The position numbers and the translations under genes were made by a program. Below the pieces are notes generated by a model that was not told the DNA's origin, made no database searches, and worked only from the letters and a program-made list of their open reading frames with translations. A DNA stretch of 64,000 nucleotides from Solirubrobacteraceae bacterium (GTDB lineage: Bacteria; Actinomycetota; Thermoleophilia; Solirubrobacterales; Solirubrobacteraceae), in the NCBI GenBank assembly GCA_017744415.1, contig JAGIBJ010000139.1, positions 15,023 to 79,022 on the forward strand, in the 5' to 3' direction. The stretch's first letter is position 1, and each line of letters opens with the position of its first letter. Positions 52,106 to 63,865 of the stretch are shown here, one piece after another.

Positions 52106-53326
52106 TCAGAAGGCCCAGTGGCCGAGGGCGAACAGCGTCGCGAGCCAGGCGAACGCCGCCATCGACCAAGCCGAGGCGAGCATCGACAGCCACCCCGGCC
52201 GGAGCTTCGCCAGCAGCAGGAAGATCGGGAACACGGTGAGCACGTACCGCGGTGTGGACTGCACCCAGCTGGTGCTCGCGAACAGCAGCACGTTCAGCAG
52301 TCCCCACACGGCGTACGACGGCCGTAGGTAGCGCCACGCGAGCAACGAGGCGACGAGCCCGAGCGTCATGAAGCCGAGCTCCATGCTGATCACCATCAGC
52401 CCCTCACCGGGCTTGGTCCACGTGTCGTAGCCACCCAGCATCCCGGTGACGGTCTTGATCGGGTTCTGGAAGTGCTTGCTCCAGTTCTCCGCCTGCACCT
52501 GCTGGAAGTGGAAGGGGTCGCCGAAGTAGTGCTGGTTGATCGCGAGATAGAACGCGAGCCCGGCGCCGGTGACCAGGATCCAGAGCGAGCGCCGGTCGAA
52601 CCGCCCGCTGCGGCGGTACTGCAGGTAGGCCTCCACCGCCAGCGCTGGGATCAGCAGGATGCCGTTGAGTCGCGTCATGGCCGCCAGCGCGCCGACGATG
52701 CCGGCGGTCGCCCAGTGGCCGGTGCGTGCGGCGACGAACGCGCCGAGCACGAACGTCAGGAAGAGGCTCTCGGTGTAGGGCAGGTGGAGGAAGTAGGCGG
52801 TGGGGAAGATGAGCAGGAACCACGCGGCGCGGGTGGCCTGCGCGTCGTCGCCACCGTCGGCGCGGACGAGCTGCGCGAGCAGCACGGCGGCCGTGATCGA
52901 CGCGATCGCCGACGTGACGAACGCGGCCGCGAGGAAGTCGCCGGGGATGACCGCGTGAACGGCGCGCACGGCCATCGGGTAGCCCGGGAAGAACGCGATC
53001 TGGGTGCGCTCCGCCTCGCCGACCGTCCGGTAGCCGAACTCCGCGACGCCGAGGTACTGCTGCGCGTCCCAGACGTTCCACATGTGGAACCGCTCGAAGA
53101 AGCTCTCGAAGCCGCGGTTGCCGAGCGTCTCGCCGACCACACCGCCGAGCCAGAACAGCAGCAGCTTGATCCCGAGCACGAGGCCGACGATCGGCCCGGC
53201 GAAGCGCAGCTCTTGCCGCACGCGCTGGCGGCGCGAGGGCGCGGCCGGCGGATCGGCGAGCTCGGCGAGGGCCTCGTCGACGCGCGTGGGCGCGGCGGTG
53301 GCGGGGTTGCTGGTGGTGGCTGACAT
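52106..53326 (-). CDS. Integral membrane GT-C-type glycosyl/mannosyltransferase-like protein
   Basis: About 10 TM segments. The pattern WDAQQYLGVAEFGY...AFFPGYP resembles PIG-V/mannosyltransferase families. The ATG at 53326 was verified. Confidence 0.55.
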   Translation of the reverse strand: MSATTSNPATAAPTRVDEALAELADPPAAPSRRQRVRQELRFAGPIVGLVLGIKLLLFWLGGVVGETLGNRGFESFFERFHMWNVWDAQQYLGVAEFGYRTVGEAERTQIAFFPGYPMAVRAVHAVIPGDFLAAAFVTSAIASITAAVLLAQLVRADGGDDAQATRAAWFLLIFPTAYFLHLPYTESLFLTFVLGAFVAARTGHWATAGIVGALAAMTRLNGILLIPALAVEAYLQYRRSGRFDRRSLWILVTGAGLAFYLAINQHYFGDPFHFQQVQAENWSKHFQNPIKTVTGMLGGYDTWTKPGEGLMVISMELGFMTLGLVASLLAWRYLRPSYAVWGLLNVLLFASTSWVQSTPRYVLTVFPIFLLLAKLRPGWLSMLASAWSMAAFAWLATLFALGHWAF

Positions 53327-53467
53327 GCGCGCTCGAGACCCCCCCGAGAGCGGGGCAGGTCGATGCGCTTCGTTGTAACTCGGATTCGGGTGCGAGGGCA
53401 TCGGGGGAACCCCCACGCGGATCCCCACAGTGCGCGCCGGGGGTGACGAGGGTGCCGCCGCGAAACG

Positions 53468-53511
53468 ACGACGGGCGCCGCCGCTCCCGTAGGAGCGACG
53501 GCGCCCGTCGT
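53468..53511 (-). terminator. 20-bp-stem hairpin downstream of the SDR gene
   Basis: ACGACGGGCGCCGCCGCTCC-cgta-GGAGCGACGGCGCCCGTCGT, with one mismatch. Confidence 0.6.
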
Positions 53512-53578
53512 GCTTCGGCACCGAGTGCCGAGCGGGCCGCGCTCCGCCCGACGGCGGCGCGCGACCGAAGCGGTGGCC

Positions 53579-54415
53579 TTACGCCGTCATGCCGCCGAAC
53601 ATGCCGCCGGAGACGAGGAGCGTCTGGCCGGTGACGAAGTTCGAGTACGGCGAGCACATGAAGAAGACGCCGCCGGCGGCCTCCTCCGGGGTGGCGCCGC
53701 GACCGAGCGGGGTCATCATGGTGGCGCCCTGGCGGACGATGTCGCTCATGCCGAGGTCGACCTTCTTGCCGTCGCCGACGTCGGCGCCGGTGGTGCCCTC
53801 GGAGCCCTTGGAGGCGGTGAGGCGCGTCTCGACGAAGCCGAACGCCACGGCGTTCACGTTCACCTTGAACATGCCCCACTCCTTGGCGAGGGTCTTCGTG
53901 AGGCCGACGACGCCCGACTTGCCGGCCGCGTAGTTGGCCTGGGCAGCGTTGCCGAACACGCCGGAGGTCGACGAGATGTTCACGATCTTGCGGAACACCT
54001 CCTTGCCCTCGGCGATCTCCTGCTTGGCGACCTCGCGCATGTACGGCGAGGCGGCGCGGATCACCTTGAACGGAACGGTGAGGTGGATGTCGAGCATCCG
54101 GTCCCAGTTCTCGTCGCTCATCTTGTGGAGCGCGCCGTCGAGCGTATAGCCGGCGTTGTTGACGACGATGTCGAGCTTGCCCCACGCGTCGATGGCGGTC
54201 TTCACGAGCTGCTCGGGAGCGTCGCCCTTGGTGAGGTCGCCGCCGAAGACGGCCGTCTCGCCGTCGATCTCGCTGGCGGTCTGCGCGGCGAGGTCGGCGT
54301 CGAGGTCGTTGATCACGACCTTCGCGCCGGCGGCGGCGAGGAGCTCAGCGGTGGCACGGCCGATGCCGCGAGCCGAACCGGTGACGATGGCGACCTTGTC
54401 GTCGAGAAGACCCAT
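53579..54415 (-). CDS. SDR family oxidoreductase (FabG-like)
   Basis: TGSARGIGRA Rossmann motif, NNAG and YAAGKSG (YxxxK). Confidence 0.9.
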   Translation of the reverse strand: MGLLDDKVAIVTGSARGIGRATAELLAAAGAKVVINDLDADLAAQTASEIDGETAVFGGDLTKGDAPEQLVKTAIDAWGKLDIVVNNAGYTLDGALHKMSDENWDRMLDIHLTVPFKVIRAASPYMREVAKQEIAEGKEVFRKIVNISSTSGVFGNAAQANYAAGKSGVVGLTKTLAKEWGMFKVNVNAVAFGFVETRLTASKGSEGTTGADVGDGKKVDLGMSDIVRQGATMMTPLGRGATPEEAAGGVFFMCSPYSNFVTGQTLLVSGGMFGGMTA

Positions 54416-54567
54416 GAAGCGCTCCTGGAAGCAGTGAGAGGTTGGGACCGGCCCGTCGCGCGCGCGTGTCGCGTCCGGGGCGAGCGGGGCGCATCGTAAC
54501 CCCGGGCCGCGCGAGGAGGTCGAGCGGTGCCCGGCGACGCCCTCGGCGGCGCTTCTAGGCTGCTGCC

Positions 54568-55216
54568 ATGGAGCGCACCGCGCGAGCAGGCGCCGGCGGA
54601 CTGAGCTGGATCCACGAGGGGCAGCGGCACGGCACCGAGGTGGCCGTGGTCGCGCGCCGGGCGCTTGTCGGGCCGGAGGCCTTCGAGATCACCGGCACGG
54701 TCGCGGCCGTCGACGAGGGCATGCCGTTCGCGCTGCGCTACCGGATCGTGCTCGATGACTCTGGCCGCACTCGCTTCGCGGTGCTGCGCTGCGCCGATGC
54801 TGCGAGCGAGCTTCGTGTGGTCGTCTCCGGCGACGGCGACGGCCACTGGACCGTCAACAACGTGCGCGCCCCGGAGCTCGACGGCTGCCTCGACGTCGAC
54901 CTCGAGGCGTCGCTGCTCACGAACGCCTTCCCGGTCGCGCGGCTGACGCTGCCCGAGGGTGAGCCCGTCGATGTGCCCGCGGTCTGGATCCGCACCACCG
55001 ACCTGAGACCCCAGGTGCTGCGCCAGCGCTACCGGCGCCTCGGCGACGCCGACGATCCGTCGCCCCGGTTCGGGTACGAGTCTCCGGAGCACGCGTTCTC
55101 GTGCGAGCTTGCGTTCGGTACCGACGGCTTCGTCGTCGACTATCCGGAGCTCGGCCGCCGCAGCCCGCAGGCTCCGCCGGGGCCGAGCCCGCTGCTGCGG
55201 CTGGCGGCGCCGCCGA

Positions 55217-55230
<14 letters not shown>
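54568..55230 (+). CDS. Putative glycolipid-binding domain protein
   Basis: The pattern resembles Pfam Glycolipid_bind (LDGCLDVDLEASLLTNAFPVARL...VVDYPELGRR). Confidence 0.55.
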
Positions 55231-56818
<1,588 letters not shown>

Positions 56819-56843
56819 GGCGCGGACGGTACCGTGCAGGACG

Positions 56844-57689
56844 ATGCGAGTCGCGGCGATCCAGCTCACGGCCGGTGCCGATATCGGGGCCAATCTCGCC
56901 CAGGCGCTCGCCGCCGTGCGGGCTGCCGCTGCCGACGGCGCCCAGCTCGTCGTGCTGCCGGAGAAGTGGCTTGCCATCGGCGGCGCCACCGCGCTGCGGC
57001 CCGCGGCGCAGTTGCTCGACGGGCCCGTCGTCGGCCAGCTCCAGGCGCTCGCCGCCGAGCTCGGCATCGATCTCATCGCCGGCTCGATCCCGGAGGCCGC
57101 CGATCCTGGCGACGCGGATCAGCGCCTGCGCAACACCTCGCTCCACCTCACGCCCGCGGGCGAGGTGGCGGCCGCCTACCGCAAGGTGCACCTCTTCGAC
57201 GCGGATGTCGCGGGCGTGCGCTACCGCGAGTCCGATGCCGAGCGCCCCGGCGACCACCCGGTCACCGCCACGCTCGCCGATCCGTTCTGGGTCGCCGGCC
57301 TCACGATCTGCTTCGACCTGCGTTTCCCCGGCCTCTACGGCGCCCTCGCGAGCGCGGGCGCGACGCTGCTCACGATCCCCGCCGCGTTCACCCTCGCGAC
57401 CACGCGCGCGCACTGGGAGGTGCTGGTGCGCGCCCGCGCGATCGAGCACGGCGCCTACGTGATCGCAGCCAACCAGTCGGGCACCCATGCGGACGGCACC
57501 GCGAGCGGCGGGCAGAGCCTGATCGTCAGTCCCTGGGGTGAGGTGCTCGCGGCCGCCCCGGAGAAGGGAGCCGCGACGATCGTCGCCGACCTCGACCCTG
57601 CCGCGGTTGCGCACGCTCGCGAAGCCCTCCCGACGGCAGCCCTCGCGCGCCCGGAGGCGTACCAGGCGCGGCCCGTCCCGTTTGATTGA
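56844..57689 (+). CDS. Carbon-nitrogen hydrolase (nitrilase superfamily)
   Basis: MRVAAIQL..., LPEKW, YRKVHLFD and ICFDLRFP (Glu-Lys-Cys contexts). Confidence 0.85.
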   Translation: MRVAAIQLTAGADIGANLAQALAAVRAAAADGAQLVVLPEKWLAIGGATALRPAAQLLDGPVVGQLQALAAELGIDLIAGSIPEAADPGDADQRLRNTSLHLTPAGEVAAAYRKVHLFDADVAGVRYRESDAERPGDHPVTATLADPFWVAGLTICFDLRFPGLYGALASAGATLLTIPAAFTLATTRAHWEVLVRARAIEHGAYVIAANQSGTHADGTASGGQSLIVSPWGEVLAAAPEKGAATIVADLDPAAVAHAREALPTAALARPEAYQARPVPFD

Positions 57690-57746
57690 ATGCCGATCAG
57701 CACGGCGACCGGCAGCCGCCCGCCGTCCACGCAGGAGCACTGACTC

Positions 57747-57977
57747 GTGACCGACCCGACGCCTGACGACGAACAGCCCACCGGCAGCTTCGCGCCGCTC
57801 GCCGATCCGGCAGCCGATCCCGAGCTGCCGCCGCCGGGCGCCGCTGCGGATGCCACGGGCGGGGATGTCGTCGCGCAGATCGAGCGTCTCGCCCAGGATC
57901 GTCCGGAGGCCCTGATCGGCCTCGCGTTCGGCATCGGTTTCCTTCTTGCCATGGTGGTGCGTCGTCTTGTCCGATAG
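57747..57977 (+). CDS. Small membrane-anchored hypothetical protein
   Basis: Acidic, Pro-rich N-terminus and a single C-terminal TM (LIGLAFGIGFLLAMVV). It is the first gene of a three-gene small-membrane-protein cluster. Confidence 0.5.
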   Translation: MTDPTPDDEQPTGSFAPLADPAADPELPPPGAAADATGGDVVAQIERLAQDRPEALIGLAFGIGFLLAMVVRRLVR

Positions 57978-58374
57978 CAACGAGCCCCAGGTCGCCCGCG
58001 CCCTTCAGGACATCTCGAACAGCGTCACGAACCTCGTCTCCGAGGAGATCGCGCTCGCAAAGGCCGAGGTCACTGATCGCGTCACCAACCTTGGTCGTGG
58101 TGCCGGCATCGGCGTCGCCGCCGGCGTGTTCCTCTTCTTCGCCCTCATCATGGCCTCGCACATGCTGGCTTGGGGCATCTTCAGCCTCACCGGCGGCGAC
58201 CACGTGTGGCTCGGCTACCTGCTCGCCACCGTGTTCTTCGTCATCCTCGCCGCGCTCTCCGGCCTCGTCGCCGTGAAGCTCCTGAAGAAGGGCGCTCCGC
58301 CCGTGCCGCACATGGCCATCGCCGAGGCCAAGGCCACCCAGCAAGCCGTCGCCGACGCGAGGAAGAACGCATGA
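57967..58374 (+). CDS. Actinobacterial holin-X-like (holin superfamily III) membrane protein
   Basis: LVSEEIALAKAEV followed by two TM helices. The start is uncertain (TTG 57946 or 57967). Confidence 0.65.
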   Translation: MSDSNEPQVARALQDISNSVTNLVSEEIALAKAEVTDRVTNLGRGAGIGVAAGVFLFFALIMASHMLAWGIFSLTGGDHVWLGYLLATVFFVILAALSGLVAVKLLKKGAPPVPHMAIAEAKATQQAVADARKNA

Positions 58375-58589
58375 GCCCGCAGCGCACGCCCGAAGAGATC
58401 CGCGCCTCCATCGAGAGCCACCGCGACGACCTCACCAAGGCCGTCGGCGAACTCACCGTCGCCACCCAGCAGGCCACCGACTGGCGCCGCCAGGTGGGCC
58501 GCAAGCCGATCCCGTTCGCCGGCGCCGCCGCCGCAGCGGGCTTCCTGCTCGGCGGGGGCCTCGTCGCCCTCGGCGGGCTCCTCGGCTGA
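58371..58589 (+). CDS. DUF3618-like small protein
   Basis: ATGA overlap with the upstream stop. It has PEEIRASIESHRDDLTKAV and a C-terminal TM. Confidence 0.6.
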   Translation: MSPQRTPEEIRASIESHRDDLTKAVGELTVATQQATDWRRQVGRKPIPFAGAAAAAGFLLGGGLVALGGLLG

Positions 58590-58620
58590 GCGCGGTCCTC
58601 GCCGCCGGAACGCTTGACGC

Positions 58621-58657
58621 GTGGACAGATCCCGCAGCCACCGCGGGATCTGTCCAC
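58621..58657. terminator. 15-bp perfect-stem hairpin between convergent genes
   Basis: GTGGACAGATCCCGC-agccacc-GCGGGATCTGTCCAC. Confidence 0.6.
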
Positions 58658-58671
58658 AGCTCAGCTCGGCG

Positions 58672-59973
58672 TTAGGGCAGCACCAGCGCCGCGAGGCAGT
58701 TGCTGGAGTTGGCGGTGGAGCCCTTCATCTTGTCGACGAGCCAGTTCTGGGCCTTGTCCATCTCGGTGAGCATGGGGGCGAGGTGGTTGAGGCTCGTGCC
58801 GCCGGTGTCGAGGGGCTGGATGACGGGCTGGTAGTACACGCTGCCGCCGCGGAAGCACCAGTCGAGCGCCATCTGCTTGGCCTGCGGGTGGGGCACGATG
58901 TCGTCCTGGGTGCCGGTGACCACCATCACGGGCTTGCTGGGCTTCACGAAGCCGATGCGCTGCTTCTCGGCGATCGCCTTGGCGGCCGGGATTGAGTTGA
59001 CGACGTCGTAGGCCGACTTGCCGCTCGTGGTCCACGAGCTCGTCTTCTGGAAGGCGAAGCTGCCGATCGAATCGCCGATGCACTGCTCGGCCGCCTTCGC
59101 GAGGGCAGCCTTGCCGGCAGCGTTGGTTTGCTGGTCGAGAATTGGCTTCAGCGCCGAGTTGTTGGCGAGAAGGCCGTTGATCGCGTAGCCGAGCACGCCC
59201 GTGAGGATCGTGCCGTCGGCCTTCTTCAGCGTGTCGAGAAGGTTGGCCGGCGGGGCACCCGCGAACGATGCCTTCAGGTTGACGCCCGCGCCGTAGGAGC
59301 CGGCGAGCTCAGCGGCAGCCGCAGCCGCGCCGCCACCCTGCGAGTAGCCGTAGAAGCCGACGGGCGACGACGACGTGACCGTCGCGCCCGGCACCTTCAG
59401 CGCCACGCGAGCGGCGTCGATGACCGCCTGGCCCATGTCTTTGCGGTCGACGTACGTGTGCATGCGATCGGGCGTGCCGAGGCCGACGTAGTCGGTGATG
59501 ACCACGGCGATGCCGCGATCGAGGAACTTGTAGATGCCCGGGATTTCGTACCCGAGCGCGGTCTGGCCGGGCTCGAGGACGACCACCGATTCCAGCGTGC
59601 GGGACGGCGCACAGGCGTCGCCCTGGCCCTGGGTGCCGGCAGCGTAGGAGACGAGCGGGCGAGCACCGCTACCGGACCACTTCTTCGTCGGCTCGATGTA
59701 GACGCCGGTGACCGCGACCGGCAAGCCGTTCGCGTCGGTGGACTTGTACATCACCTTCGTGGCCTTGCCGGGCATCCACAGCGGCACGCCGGCGATCTCG
59801 ATCGACGCGCCGAGCGGCTGCGGCTGGCTCTTGATCAGGTCGCCGTTGCCGGACGGCAGCGACGCGGGCGGGTTGTAGAAGGCGGGCACGGCCGCGGAGG
59901 CCGACGCGGCGCCGGCGCCGAGCGCGACGACCGCAAGCGCGGCAGCCCGGGCGGCCTTGGGTGCGTAGGACAT
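58672..59973 (-). CDS. Secreted lipase (LIP family)
   Basis: Signal peptide (AAALAVVALGAGAASASA) and a GYSQGG nucleophile elbow. The ATG at 59973 is preferred. Confidence 0.75.
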   Translation of the reverse strand: MSYAPKAARAAALAVVALGAGAASASAAVPAFYNPPASLPSGNGDLIKSQPQPLGASIEIAGVPLWMPGKATKVMYKSTDANGLPVAVTGVYIEPTKKWSGSGARPLVSYAAGTQGQGDACAPSRTLESVVVLEPGQTALGYEIPGIYKFLDRGIAVVITDYVGLGTPDRMHTYVDRKDMGQAVIDAARVALKVPGATVTSSSPVGFYGYSQGGGAAAAAAELAGSYGAGVNLKASFAGAPPANLLDTLKKADGTILTGVLGYAINGLLANNSALKPILDQQTNAAGKAALAKAAEQCIGDSIGSFAFQKTSSWTTSGKSAYDVVNSIPAAKAIAEKQRIGFVKPSKPVMVVTGTQDDIVPHPQAKQMALDWCFRGGSVYYQPVIQPLDTGGTSLNHLAPMLTEMDKAQNWLVDKMKGSTANSSNCLAALVLP

Positions 59974-60172
59974 GGACTTCCTCAGGGACGAGACACGAGC
60001 CGGACGGGACAGTGACCGGACGCACAGAATGGTACGCCTCGGGACCCGCTGGTCCAAGACGTTGTGAAGCAAGGTTCAACTCGGACGCCGCGCCACGCGA
60101 AAACGCCCAGAATCTCGGGGCATCGGGCGCGCCCGCGAAGCGAGACGCGCGTCTGACGTGGGCGCCAGGACG

Positions 60173-61099
60173 CTACTCGGCGGCCGCGCCGGCGAGTTCG
60201 CCGCCGCGCAGGCTGCCCGTGCCGACCAGGCGGCTCGGCGCCGCAGCGACGCCGATCATCCCCGGGCCGGTGTGCGCGCCGACCACGGGGCCGGCCTCGC
60301 AGATGGCGACCGGATCGGTGCCGAACACGTTGCGGCCGGCCTCGAGGAACTCTTCGACGACATCCGGGGCGAGCACGTGCATCACCATCCAGGCATCGAG
60401 GCCCTCCTGTGCGAACTCGTCGAAGAACCGCAGCAGGCGCTGGCGCATCTTCGAGCTCGTGCGGATCTTCTCCACCGTCTCGTTCTCCGAGCCGGGGCCG
60501 CCGTCGAGCTTGAGGATCGGGCGAATCTGCAGCGTCGAGCCGAGGAGGCCCTGCGCGCGGCCGATGCGGCCGCCGCGGCGAAGGTACTCCAGCGTGTCGA
60601 GGCCGAAACGCACGCGCATCGTGCTGCTCACCTCAGCGGCGGCAGCAGCGACGCCCGCAGCGCTCGCGTTCTTCTCGGCAGCACGGAGTGCGCCGGCGAC
60701 GCAGAGTGCGAGACCGCCCGCGGTCGAGCCGCTGTCGACGATCTCGATCGTGCGCTCAGGGAACTTCAGCAGCGCCTCGTCGCGCGCCTGGCGGGCCGTC
60801 TCGACCGTGCCCGACATGCCCGTGGTGATGTGCACCGAGACGATGTCGCGGCCGTCAGCGAGCAGCGGCTCGTAGAGCTCGAGAAATTCGCCGACCGACG
60901 GCTGTGACGTGGAGAGCGAGCGCTCGCCGGCGCGCAGCGCGCGGTAGAGCTCGCCCCAGTCGCCGATCAGGTCTTCGCGCGTGGCGCGGCCGTTCTCGAC
61001 GAGCCACAGCGGGATCACCGATAGCTCGTGACCGACGAGCTCCTCCGGCGGGAGGTAGTTCGTGGAGTCCGTGACGACGGCGACGGGCATGGACAGCAC
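60173..61099 (-). CDS. DegV family fatty-acid-binding protein
   Basis: VAVVTDSTNYLP, LSTSQPS and HTGPG. Confidence 0.9.
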   Translation of the reverse strand: MLSMPVAVVTDSTNYLPPEELVGHELSVIPLWLVENGRATREDLIGDWGELYRALRAGERSLSTSQPSVGEFLELYEPLLADGRDIVSVHITTGMSGTVETARQARDEALLKFPERTIEIVDSGSTAGGLALCVAGALRAAEKNASAAGVAAAAAEVSSTMRVRFGLDTLEYLRRGGRIGRAQGLLGSTLQIRPILKLDGGPGSENETVEKIRTSSKMRQRLLRFFDEFAQEGLDAWMVMHVLAPDVVEEFLEAGRNVFGTDPVAICEAGPVVGAHTGPGMIGVAAAPSRLVGTGSLRGGELAGAAAE

Positions 61100-61207
61100 C
61101 CTAGCCCCACGCGCCGACGCCCCGCGTCACCGCCTGGCCGCTCAACCCGCACGTTGCGGCCTGACTGGGCGGCCCGCCGCGCCGCGCCGACGGGTAGCGT
61201 TGCGCGA

Positions 61208-63115
61208 ATGCCCTGCTCCCGTCCCAGGCTCGCGTCGGCGGCCATGCCGGCCCTCGCGCTGCTCGCTACGTGCCTTCCCGCGCCCGCGTACGCGGGCGAG
61301 CCGACGATGGCCCTCGCCGACGTGCGCGCGGGCATGCAGTGCACGGCGCTCTCCGTCGTGCAGGGCACGGAGCCCGTCGCGTTCGACGCCACCGTGCTCG
61401 GCATCGAGGGCGGCCCGCGGCCGTCCGACTCGCTCATCGTGATGCGGTTCTCCGGCGCCGCGATCGCCGGCACCGGCATCGGCCAGGGCTTCAGCGGCTC
61501 GCCCGTTTGGTGCCCGGACGCGGCGGGCGTGTCGCGCGTCGTCGGCGCGATCTCGCAGGGCATCGGCCAGTACGACAACCTCGTCGGCGGCGTCACGCCG
61601 ATCGAGGCGATGCTCGGCACGCCGACGTTCGCGAACGGCCCGACGGCCCCCACGATCGGCGAACCGTCGACGTCCAAGACGCCAACCACGACCTCGAAGT
61701 CGGCCGCCGCGAAGGCGAAGGCCAAGAAAGCCAGAGCCAAGAAGGCCAAGCGCACGGCGACGAGCGCGTCCGCCACCGCGCAGCCCTGGGGCACCGGCCG
61801 CGCTCCGCTCACGCTCACCGGCGTGCGCGGCCCGCTCGCGAGCCGCCTCGCGCGCGTGTCGACGAAGGCCGGCCTGCCGATGTTCGTCGGCCCTACCGCC
61901 AGCCGCGCGGCCGATGCTCCCGCCGCGGGCCCGCTCGTTGGTGGCTCGGCCGTGGCCGTGAGCCAGGTGACGGGCGACGTGAACGCCGGCGCCATCGGCA
62001 CCGTCACCTACGTCGACGGCGATCGCGTCTGGCTCTTCGGCCACCCCTACAACGGCAACGGCGCCGCGCGCATGATGCTGCAGCAGGCGTCGATCACGAC
62101 GGTGATCGGCTCGCCCGCCATCGCCGACCAGGTGAGTTACAAGCTCGGCACGCCCGGTGCCGCGGTGGGCACGGTCGGGTTCGACGGCGCGTTCGCCGTT
62201 GGCGGCGTGCTCGGCCCGCTCCCGGCGACGATCCCGACCGATGTCACCGTCCGCAACGCCGCCGGCGCCATCGTGCAGACCGCGACCACGAGCGTCACCG
62301 ACGAGCGCGCGGTGCGCGGCGGCAGCACCGCCGGCCTGCTTCCGCTCGCCGCGGGCGCGAACGCCGGCGCGGCCCTGCAGCGCCTCACGAGCCAGGCCGT
62401 GATCGGCGGCTCGGCGCACGCGTGCACCACGATCTTCCTGAAGGGTCAGAAGGTGCCGCTCTACCAGTGCGCCGACACCGTCGTCCCCACCGCCGACGCA
62501 TCCGTCGGCGGCATCGAGAGCGGGGTCGCGGAGGCCGTCGCGGGGGCCGTCACGCCCGCCGTGAGCGCCGAGCGCTTCCTCAAGCTGATCGATCGCGTGA
62601 ACGTCGACGTGCGCCTGCGCGACGAAGCCGACACCGCCCAGATCGTGCGCGTGCGCCAGCCGAAGAAGCTCAAGGCAGGCACCGTGGCGACGGTGCGCGT
62701 CGTGGTGATCCAGGGCTCGACGGGCGAGCGCCGCGAGGTGCCGATCCAGGTCCGCATCCCGAAGGCCGCGGCCGGCCTGCGCACCGGCATCGCCGTGCTC
62801 GCCGATCCCGTCGAAGTGACGAGCGACGCCAGCTTCTCCGACGCCCTCTTCGGTGACGACGAGGATTCCCCGGCGCCGCCGAAGAACCTCAGCGCGCTGC
62901 GTGCGCTCTACACGCCGTCCGGGCTCTCCGGCCTGCGCGCGGTCGCGGTGCCCGGCGTGCCCGGCGACGAGATCCTCGCCGCGTTCGCCGGCGACGAGAC
63001 CGACCTCAGCGACGAGGAGATCACCGAGCTCCAGCGTCGCGTGAAGGTGGCCAAGGAACTCCCGACCGTCACGGTCACGGGGAGCGCCTCGGTGAACGTG
63101 CGCCCGAGCTGGTAG
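61208..63115 (+). CDS. Secreted protein with an N-terminal SpoIVB/S55-like or chymotrypsin-fold serine peptidase signature
   Basis: Signal peptide (ALALLATCLPAPAYA), GQGFSGSPVW and a Lys/Ala-rich linker. The function is tentative. Confidence 0.5.
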   Translation: MPCSRPRLASAAMPALALLATCLPAPAYAGEPTMALADVRAGMQCTALSVVQGTEPVAFDATVLGIEGGPRPSDSLIVMRFSGAAIAGTGIGQGFSGSPVWCPDAAGVSRVVGAISQGIGQYDNLVGGVTPIEAMLGTPTFANGPTAPTIGEPSTSKTPTTTSKSAAAKAKAKKARAKKAKRTATSASATAQPWGTGRAPLTLTGVRGPLASRLARVSTKAGLPMFVGPTASRAADAPAAGPLVGGSAVAVSQVTGDVNAGAIGTVTYVDGDRVWLFGHPYNGNGAARMMLQQASITTVIGSPAIADQVSYKLGTPGAAVGTVGFDGAFAVGGVLGPLPATIPTDVTVRNAAGAIVQTATTSVTDERAVRGGSTAGLLPLAAGANAGAALQRLTSQAVIGGSAHACTTIFLKGQKVPLYQCADTVVPTADASVGGIESGVAEAVAGAVTPAVSAERFLKLIDRVNVDVRLRDEADTAQIVRVRQPKKLKAGTVATVRVVVIQGSTGERREVPIQVRIPKAAAGLRTGIAVLADPVEVTSDASFSDALFGDDEDSPAPPKNLSALRALYTPSGLSGLRAVAVPGVPGDEILAAFAGDETDLSDEEITELQRRVKVAKELPTVTVTGSASVNVRPSW

Positions 63116-63136
63116 CCCGGGCGCCCCGCCCGGCCG

Positions 63137-63517
63137 CTAGCCGAGACGGTTCTCGATCTGCAGCGGTGCGGGCTCCTCGGAGCCGGCATCCGCCGCGCCC
63201 TCGACGCCGAGCAGCGTCTGCAGCTCGCCGGTGTCGGCCATCTCGAGGATGATGTCGCAGCCGCCGACGAGCTCACCCCGTACGAAGAGCTGCGGGATCG
63301 TGGGCCACTGCGAGAGGGCCGAGAGCTCCTCGCGGATGCGCGGGTCCGGGAGGATGTCGACGCTCGCGAACGGCACCTGCAGCGACGTGAGGGTGGCCGA
63401 GGCACGCTGCGAGAAGCCGCACATCGGACGATCCGGCGTGCCCTTCATGAACAGGATGACTTCGTTCTGGTCGATCGCCGACTTGATCTGATCGCTCAGG
63501 GTGGGCGTGTCGCTCAT
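63137..63517 (-). CDS. grxD: Monothiol glutaredoxin (Grx4 family)
   Basis: It has the CGFS active site (PMCGFSQRA) and WPTIPQLFV. Confidence 0.9.
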   Translation of the reverse strand: MSDTPTLSDQIKSAIDQNEVILFMKGTPDRPMCGFSQRASATLTSLQVPFASVDILPDPRIREELSALSQWPTIPQLFVRGELVGGCDIILEMADTGELQTLLGVEGAADAGSEEPAPLQIENRLG

Positions 63518-63741
63518 GGGGTCTCCGTCTTCAGGGAGAGGGCATGGATGGCGCCCCCGATCTCGTCGCCGAACACCTCGTACACCAGCTTGTGCTGCTG
63601 AATTCGGGTGAGACCGGCGAAGGCGGGGCTGCGCACCTCGGCGCGGAAGTGGTCCTCGGTGCCGGTGGTGTCGATGACGACGGCCTCGGCACCCGGGATC
63701 GATTCCTCGATCCGGCGCTGCAGTTCCTCGGGGGTTGGCAT
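63514..63741 (-). CDS. bolA: BolA family protein
   Basis: HFRAEV...RIQQHKLVY...IHALSLKT. There is an ATGA overlap with grxD. Confidence 0.85.
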   Translation of the reverse strand: MPTPEELQRRIEESIPGAEAVVIDTTGTEDHFRAEVRSPAFAGLTRIQQHKLVYEVFGDEIGGAIHALSLKTETP

Positions 63742-63865
63742 GAGTTCGAGCGTAGCGGTCTCGCGCGGGCTACTACACTCATGGAAGCGAGCCGATGACT
63801 CTGGAGAGAAGTCGGCCCGGCGGGCCTTCACCTCCCGAACCAGCCACCCGGAGACCTCCCGAACG

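Noticed and set aside
57747-58589. The holin-X-like gene cluster as a prophage lysis cassette.
   Set aside because: There is no endolysin, terminase, capsid or integrase gene nearby. This three-gene small-membrane-protein cluster is a common chromosomal feature of actinobacteria.
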